From Candidatus Pacearchaeota archaeon (lineage in GTDB: Archaea; Nanobdellota; Nanobdellia; Pacearchaeales; GW2011-AR1), in NCBI GenBank assembly GCA_016181885.1, contig JACOYJ010000023.1:1-49318 (forward strand): 49,318 bases of DNA, in the 5' to 3' direction. This document shows positions 44,674 to 49,318 of this stretch, piece by piece. A model generated the notes under the pieces. The model was not told the DNA's origin. It worked only from the letters and a program-made list of their open reading frames with translations, and made no database searches. Numbering within the stretch: position 1 is the stretch's first letter; every line of letters begins with the position of its first letter. Both the position numbers and the translations under genes were made by a program.

Positions 44674-47307
44674 ATGAATGAAACTGAAACACTTGGATTG
44701 GTAAGACACTTTATTGACATAGGAATTTCCTTGGATGAAGCAGTGAATAATCCTGCTATACCTCTTAATTTTAAGGACAAGATTTTGCAAACAATCAAGG
44801 AAGAAGAAAATATTATACTAGAACCAGCAAACATAATAAAAGACAGCGAAAACTATGAAGATTGGCTAATCAAAGAAGACAGGTCTGATTGGTATTACTG
44901 GAATACTTTACGAAGATATCTACTTGATAAAAAGGGATGGTCTGGACCATCAGTCCAGTCATTAGATAAAGAAACAGACAGAATCTTGGGAATGCTCGAT
45001 TCTCCGAAAAAAGAGATCTTTGATAAAAAAGGTCTTGTACTGGGATTTGTACAAAGCGGGAAAACCTCTAATTACACTGCATTGATAGCAAAAGCTGCTG
45101 ATTCTAGTTATCGGCTCATTATCGTGCTTTCAGGAACAGATAATGGTCTCCGTTTACAGACTCATAGAAGATTAAAAAATGAGTTAGTTGGTAGTAATGA
45201 AGGAAAGGGCGTACCTCTCCCCCCGATAGGTAAACAATGGCATGAGTTTACACGTGTTGATTTAAATGGAGATTTCCAAGCAGGATTTGTTAATACTGCG
45301 GCATTGCAGGGAAATCAACCAGTGTTGATGGTAATTAAGAAAAACGGAGCAGTACTCAGACGACTTATTAGCTGGCTAAATTCAGCATCAGAGGAAATTA
45401 AAAGAACTCTCCCTCTTTTAGTAATTGATGATGAAGCAGATTTGGCAAGCATAGATACAAAAGGATCATATCAGGCAGAAGATGAACTTCTGCCAGAAGA
45501 TTATGAAGCTCCTTCTGTAATAAACGGGTTAATACGTGATTTATTAAATAAGTTCAATCGCAAAGCGTATATTGCTTATACAGCAACACCATTCGCTAAT
45601 ATTTTAATCCCTCATGATAATTATAATCCAAGATTTAGCGATGATTTATATCCCAAAAATTTTATAGTTAATTTACCAAAACCAAATGAATATTTCGGAG
45701 CAGAAGAATTATTTGGACCTATGGACTATGTTTCAGAAGACGAAAACGAAGGGCTTGATGTTATAAGAACCGTTAATGATTCAAATGATTTTTTATTAGA
45801 ACAATACTCTATAATGCATCCTGATATGGAAAAGGCTATTCTTAGTTTCGTGCTGGCTGGTGCGTCAAGAAGTTACAGAAGTAAAAAAGATTTTCCAGCT
45901 ACAATGCTTATTCATATAACTTTAAGAACAATAAAACAAGAGCAACTTAAGGAGATTGTCGATAGGAAATTCACTGAATTTAAAGATGAGTGGAGATACA
46001 ATCGCAAAGAAAAGATTTATGATCAATTACGCAGAATCTGGGGAGAAGATTTTTTACCTGTTATTCAAGCAAAATATCCTAATAAATTGATTAACTTTAA
46101 AGATATTGAAACTAATATTAGTACCTTCTTCGAATCGGTTCAAATAAGATCTCTGAATAGCGTTTCTGGGGACTCTCAGGCACTTGACTACGAAAAAGAA
46201 CCAAATCTTAAGTTAATTGCAATTGGCGGAAATAAACTCTCCAGAGGATTAACTCTTGAAGGACTCTTGATAAGTTTCTTTACAAGAAGAACAAAGCAAT
46301 ATGATACTTTAATGCAGATGGGAAGATGGTTTGGTTTTCGCGGAGGATATGAAGATTTAACAAGAATATATACTACCCCTGAGCTTTCAGGATGGTTTAG
46401 TAGTCTATCACAGATTGAAGCGGAATTACGGGAAGATATTAAAATATATGAAGAACTAAAACTTACTCCTTTTGAAGTTGGTTTGCGAATTAAAGCTCAC
46501 CCAGTTATGCAGGTTACATCGCCTTCAAAACGAAGATTTGCCAATGAAGTATTAATTTCAAAAACTTATAGAGGATTATTATCACAAACTATAAAGTTTC
46601 CTTTGAATAACCTTGAGGTTCTTTCAAAGAGAGAAGAAGAGAATATTGCTATAGTTAAAAAATTTTTATCTGAATTGGGAGAACTTACAGGATTTCATAA
46701 TGAAAGACCATTTTGGAAAAATGTGCCCGCACAAAAAGTGATAGATTTTCTAAATAAATTTCAAACAGATGAAAGCAATTTATCTTTTCGTCCCCAACTA
46801 ATTATTGAATATATAAAAAAATTAAATGAGGAAAACGAATTGATAAAATGGACCGTAGCTATATGCGGAAATAAATCTTATGATTCAGATCTTGGAGATG
46901 TTGATTTAGGGTTAAAAATTAAAATTAATCAGATCAATATTAGCCAAGAAGAAAAAAATAGAAATAGTCTTAAAGGCATTGTAAGTCAGGGAGATGAATT
47001 GATAGGGTTATCATCCGAAAAAGAAGATGAAGTTAATAACCTTATTGCTAGCACGAAAATTCAGAAGAATAATGCTGCCAGATTAATTAGAGACCCTTCC
47101 GAAGGTTTAATTCTATTATACCCTATAAGTAAGAATTCAAAACCTCACTCAAAAAATAGAATTCCTTTATATGAAGATCCAAAAGATCCTCTTGCAAAAA
47201 ATCTAATTGGAATAGCTATCTCTTTTCCTGAGAAATCAAAAATTCCTCAATCTGATGAGTTATATGTCATTGGAACAGTTCCTTGGAGGCCTGAAGATGA
47301 GTCTTAA
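44674..47307 (+). CDS. Z1-domain SF2-like P-loop NTPase
   Basis: Walker A GFVQSGKTSNY, Walker B LLVIDDEADLAS, motif III AYTATPFAN. Z1 signature GGNKLSRGLTLEGLLISFFTRR...DTLMQMGRWFGFRGGYEDLTRIY. The ATG lies 1 nt after the GHKL stop. Confidence 0.8.
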   Translation: MNETETLGLVRHFIDIGISLDEAVNNPAIPLNFKDKILQTIKEEENIILEPANIIKDSENYEDWLIKEDRSDWYYWNTLRRYLLDKKGWSGPSVQSLDKETDRILGMLDSPKKEIFDKKGLVLGFVQSGKTSNYTALIAKAADSSYRLIIVLSGTDNGLRLQTHRRLKNELVGSNEGKGVPLPPIGKQWHEFTRVDLNGDFQAGFVNTAALQGNQPVLMVIKKNGAVLRRLISWLNSASEEIKRTLPLLVIDDEADLASIDTKGSYQAEDELLPEDYEAPSVINGLIRDLLNKFNRKAYIAYTATPFANILIPHDNYNPRFSDDLYPKNFIVNLPKPNEYFGAEELFGPMDYVSEDENEGLDVIRTVNDSNDFLLEQYSIMHPDMEKAILSFVLAGASRSYRSKKDFPATMLIHITLRTIKQEQLKEIVDRKFTEFKDEWRYNRKEKIYDQLRRIWGEDFLPVIQAKYPNKLINFKDIETNISTFFESVQIRSLNSVSGDSQALDYEKEPNLKLIAIGGNKLSRGLTLEGLLISFFTRRTKQYDTLMQMGRWFGFRGGYEDLTRIYTTPELSGWFSSLSQIEAELREDIKIYEELKLTPFEVGLRIKAHPVMQVTSPSKRRFANEVLISKTYRGLLSQTIKFPLNNLEVLSKREEENIAIVKKFLSELGELTGFHNERPFWKNVPAQKVIDFLNKFQTDESNLSFRPQLIIEYIKKLNEENELIKWTVAICGNKSYDSDLGDVDLGLKIKINQINISQEEKNRNSLKGIVSQGDELIGLSSEKEDEVNNLIASTKIQKNNAARLIRDPSEGLILLYPISKNSKPHSKNRIPLYEDPKDPLAKNLIGIAISFPEKSKIPQSDELYVIGTVPWRPEDES

Positions 47308-48289
47308 CCAAAATATATGGACAAAATTAGAAGATGGCTTACCTTCCGGAGAAAGAATCGCTGCAAGATTAGCTATACCTAACAAATCAAGGAAATTGTA
47401 TGCTGGTCTTGATTCATATAAACAACGTCATTTACTTATCCCCCTTGAAGAAAACGAAGAAGAATATTATGATTCAGAAAGCAGAGGTATATCTGTTAAA
47501 ACAAAAGAATTAATCATTAAAGGGTCTGAACAAAAAAAGTATATTGATATTATTTGTCAAGATGTTTCTGGGCACGTTATTTTTGATGCAATTGCTGAAG
47601 ATATCGCAGAAAAATTAGATAAAGGAATTTCAAGAGAGATAATAATAAATGTTATAGGTAAATGGCGTAATTTCTGGGATAAATCCGTACAAGACTTATT
47701 ATCTTATAATGTGATGACCGGACTTTTTGCAGAGTTATGGTTTCTATATTATTGGCTGTTCCCTAGGATGGATAAACTTTCTGCGCTTGCTGCATGGAGA
47801 GGTCCATTTTCAAGCAGGCACGATTTTGAATGGATTGGAAAATCTGTTGAGGTAAAGGCTACTACAAATGTACATAGCAGAACACATAAAATAAATGGAA
47901 TAGAACAACTGTCCCCTCCAGAAAACGGAGAGTTATTTTTATTTAGTTTGCGTATTCGTGAAGAACACGGAGCAAACAACGATCTTCCAAAACTTATTTC
48001 TCTCTGCAGAGAGAAATTAAAAGATAACTCTAAAGCCATAACAAAATTTGAAAATATACTAGGAATTATAGGTTATTCTCCAATACATGACAATGAATAC
48101 TCAAAAATTAAATTTAGAGTTGTTGATGAGAGATTATACAGGGTTACTGATGAGTTTCCGCGTTTGATAGAAGATTCATTTGTGAATGGAATACCTCCAG
48201 GAATCGGAACAATAGAGTATAATATCAATCTAGATGGGTATGACAATTTATGTCTTGCTAAATCCCATGAAGAAAAAATTGACTTTTAG
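47297..48289 (+). CDS. PD-(D/E)XK motif protein (predicted nuclease)
   Basis: SRHDFEWIGKSVEVKATT gives a D...ExK arrangement. The ATG at 47297 overlaps the Z1 gene end by 11 nt. Confidence 0.6.
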   Translation: MSLNQNIWTKLEDGLPSGERIAARLAIPNKSRKLYAGLDSYKQRHLLIPLEENEEEYYDSESRGISVKTKELIIKGSEQKKYIDIICQDVSGHVIFDAIAEDIAEKLDKGISREIIINVIGKWRNFWDKSVQDLLSYNVMTGLFAELWFLYYWLFPRMDKLSALAAWRGPFSSRHDFEWIGKSVEVKATTNVHSRTHKINGIEQLSPPENGELFLFSLRIREEHGANNDLPKLISLCREKLKDNSKAITKFENILGIIGYSPIHDNEYSKIKFRVVDERLYRVTDEFPRLIEDSFVNGIPPGIGTIEYNINLDGYDNLCLAKSHEEKIDF

Positions 48290-48417
48290 TTTTGTACTGA
48301 TAATTTAATTAGGTCGAGCCATCTACTCTCCCCTAAATCTAAATTAACACCTGCTTTTTCAGAAGGAACTTCTCCCGTAGTTGAATGGTTTTCTATTAAC
48401 TGCAAAAGGTATAGAAT

Positions 48418-48666
48418 TCAAACCGAAATATTAATAGGAAGTTTAAGATTAATTTTATCTAAAATCTGCTTTAAGATTATGGCTCTTTTTTTAAAATCCA
48501 ATATGCCAACATTCTTTATTTCGTTGGTGGCAACATCTTTTGTAATAAAAATTCCTTGCTCAATTTCTTCTGTTGTTCCTTCATCTGCTGGCAATCCAAA
48601 GGATATCTCTAAAAAATCCCCTTCCTCGTCATAGTAAATGTCATAGGTATTATATTCTTCCTTCAT
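48418..48666 (-). CDS. DUF2283-family small protein (putative antitoxin)
   Basis: IYYDEEGDFLEISFG...GIFITKD..TNEIKNVGILDFKK matches the DUF2283 pattern. It overlaps its upstream partner by 4 nt. Confidence 0.6.
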   Translation of the reverse strand: MKEEYNTYDIYYDEEGDFLEISFGLPADEGTTEEIEQGIFITKDVATNEIKNVGILDFKKRAIILKQILDKINLKLPINISV

Positions 48667-48953
48667 TTTATGTCCTTACTTAAATAGGCAGTTATAATAA
48701 AACCCTCTCCATTTAAATATTTAACTACAACTAAAACAAAGCGGTTGGGATATTTAAGGTATTTGTAGTTTTTATAATAATAACCCTTTTCAAAGTCTTG
48801 GTTAATTATCTTACTCGGGATTTGAAGCGTTTGTTTTATTTCTTCTAAATATTTCTCCAGATATGGATGCCTTTTCGTAATATGTTTCCATTGTTTTTTA
48901 GTTAATCTTATTTTCCTCTCTGTCTTATCACTTATTTCAAAGATATAACTCAT
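48663..48953 (-). CDS. Small basic protein, putative toxin partner of DUF2283
   Basis: 96 aa and translationally coupled to the DUF2283 gene. The family could not be assigned by eye. Confidence 0.35.
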   Translation of the reverse strand: MSYIFEISDKTERKIRLTKKQWKHITKRHPYLEKYLEEIKQTLQIPSKIINQDFEKGYYYKNYKYLKYPNRFVLVVVKYLNGEGFIITAYLSKDIK

Positions 48954-49041
48954 AGAGCAATTAAGTAAAAAAAGTTTTTAACTTTAACTAAGATTCCTTC
49001 AGTCACAAGACTTATAAATAGATTAATTTTTCTCTTTTGGA

Positions 49042-49091
49042 ATGAGGCCGTAGCTCTATGAGATTTCCGTATTCAAATGGAGAGTCTCATC
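49042..49091 (+). repeat. Collapsed tRNA mini-copy (duplicate of the downstream tRNA's 5' end, T-loop and 3' end)
   Basis: ATGAGGCCGTAGCTC (49042-49056) is identical to 49109-49123. TTCAAAT (49072-49078) matches the tRNA T-loop. GTCTCAT (49084-49090) matches the tRNA 3' end at 49254-49260. Confidence 0.45.
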
Positions 49092-49110
49092 GTAGCGAGG
49101 TTTCATTTAT

Positions 49111-49259
49111 GAGGCCGTAGCTCAGCCTGGCTAGAGCACTGCATTCTAGCTTGGTGTAAAAGCCAATCAGAAGGTGATTCTGATAGGAATAGGACGAGGT
49201 TCTATCTTATCCTATCTTTAGCAAGGCAGGGGTCCTCGGTTCAAATCCGAGCGGTCTCA
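49111..49259 (+). tRNA. tRNA gene with a 74-nt insertion in the anticodon loop. Isotype unresolved; anticodon is CUA if spliced at 37/38.
   Basis: Acceptor GAGGCCG/CGGTCTC (G4:U69), D arm GCTC-AGCCTGGCTA-GAGC, T arm CTCGG-TTCAAAT-CCGAG, discriminator A. Anticodon stem CTGCA/GGCAG (A31-G39 mismatch). The 5' loop half is TTCTAG. The insertion spans about 49150-49223. Confidence 0.65.
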
Positions 49260-49318
49260 TTTAATCTATTTCCGCAATGTCGTCCAAGCTTGGCCAATAT
49301 AGAGCGGTCTAATTTTAT

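Noticed and set aside
48290-48417. An open frame of 45 codons continuing in frame after the TGA stop of the DUF2283 gene (…TTGEVPSEKAGVNLDLGESRWLDLIKLSVQN).
   Set aside because: DUF2283 proteins are already complete at about 80 aa, and open stretches of this length occur by chance elsewhere in the window. It could be a remnant of a lost gene, but I cannot support that.

Overview
AT-rich (roughly 30% G+C) archaeal chromosome segment. It fits a small-genome DPANN-type archaeon, though that is an inference from gene content only. Core archaeal genes present: FtsZ, MCM interrupted by a LAGLIDADG intein, TBP, aIF-1A, aIF-2beta, L15e, ATP-dependent DNA ligase, a KH-domain protein and GuaB, plus two intron-containing tRNA genes. 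Around them are many small hypothetical, Cys-rich or membrane proteins, five toxin-antitoxin-like pairs and a compact type II R-M pair (9.0-10.4 kb). Bacterial-type gene remnants (LpxD-like, FabH-like) sit at the left edge.

The most interesting region is 42.3-48.3 kb, between rpl15e and a tRNA gene. It is a tightly translationally coupled, restriction-like operon with five parts:
- a decayed vsr;
- a Dcm-family C5-methyltransferase homolog in which catalytic motif IV (PCQ) is cleanly missing;
- a MORC-like GHKL ATPase;
- a Z1-domain SF2-like P-loop NTPase;
- a PD-(D/E)XK protein.

The three effector ORFs look intact, while both of the usual self-protection and repair partners are degraded.

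Secondary items:
- a roughly 48% G+C non-coding block upstream of mcm, a candidate structured RNA;
- a tRNA gene with a 74-nt insertion that reads anticodon CUA under canonical splicing, preceded by a collapsed tRNA mini-copy;
- a cluster of three paralogous small proteins;
- an ORF with an in-frame TGA after its signal peptide;
- an orphan, divergent E1 alpha/beta fusion.

All protein calls rest on motif recognition by eye. No database search was run.
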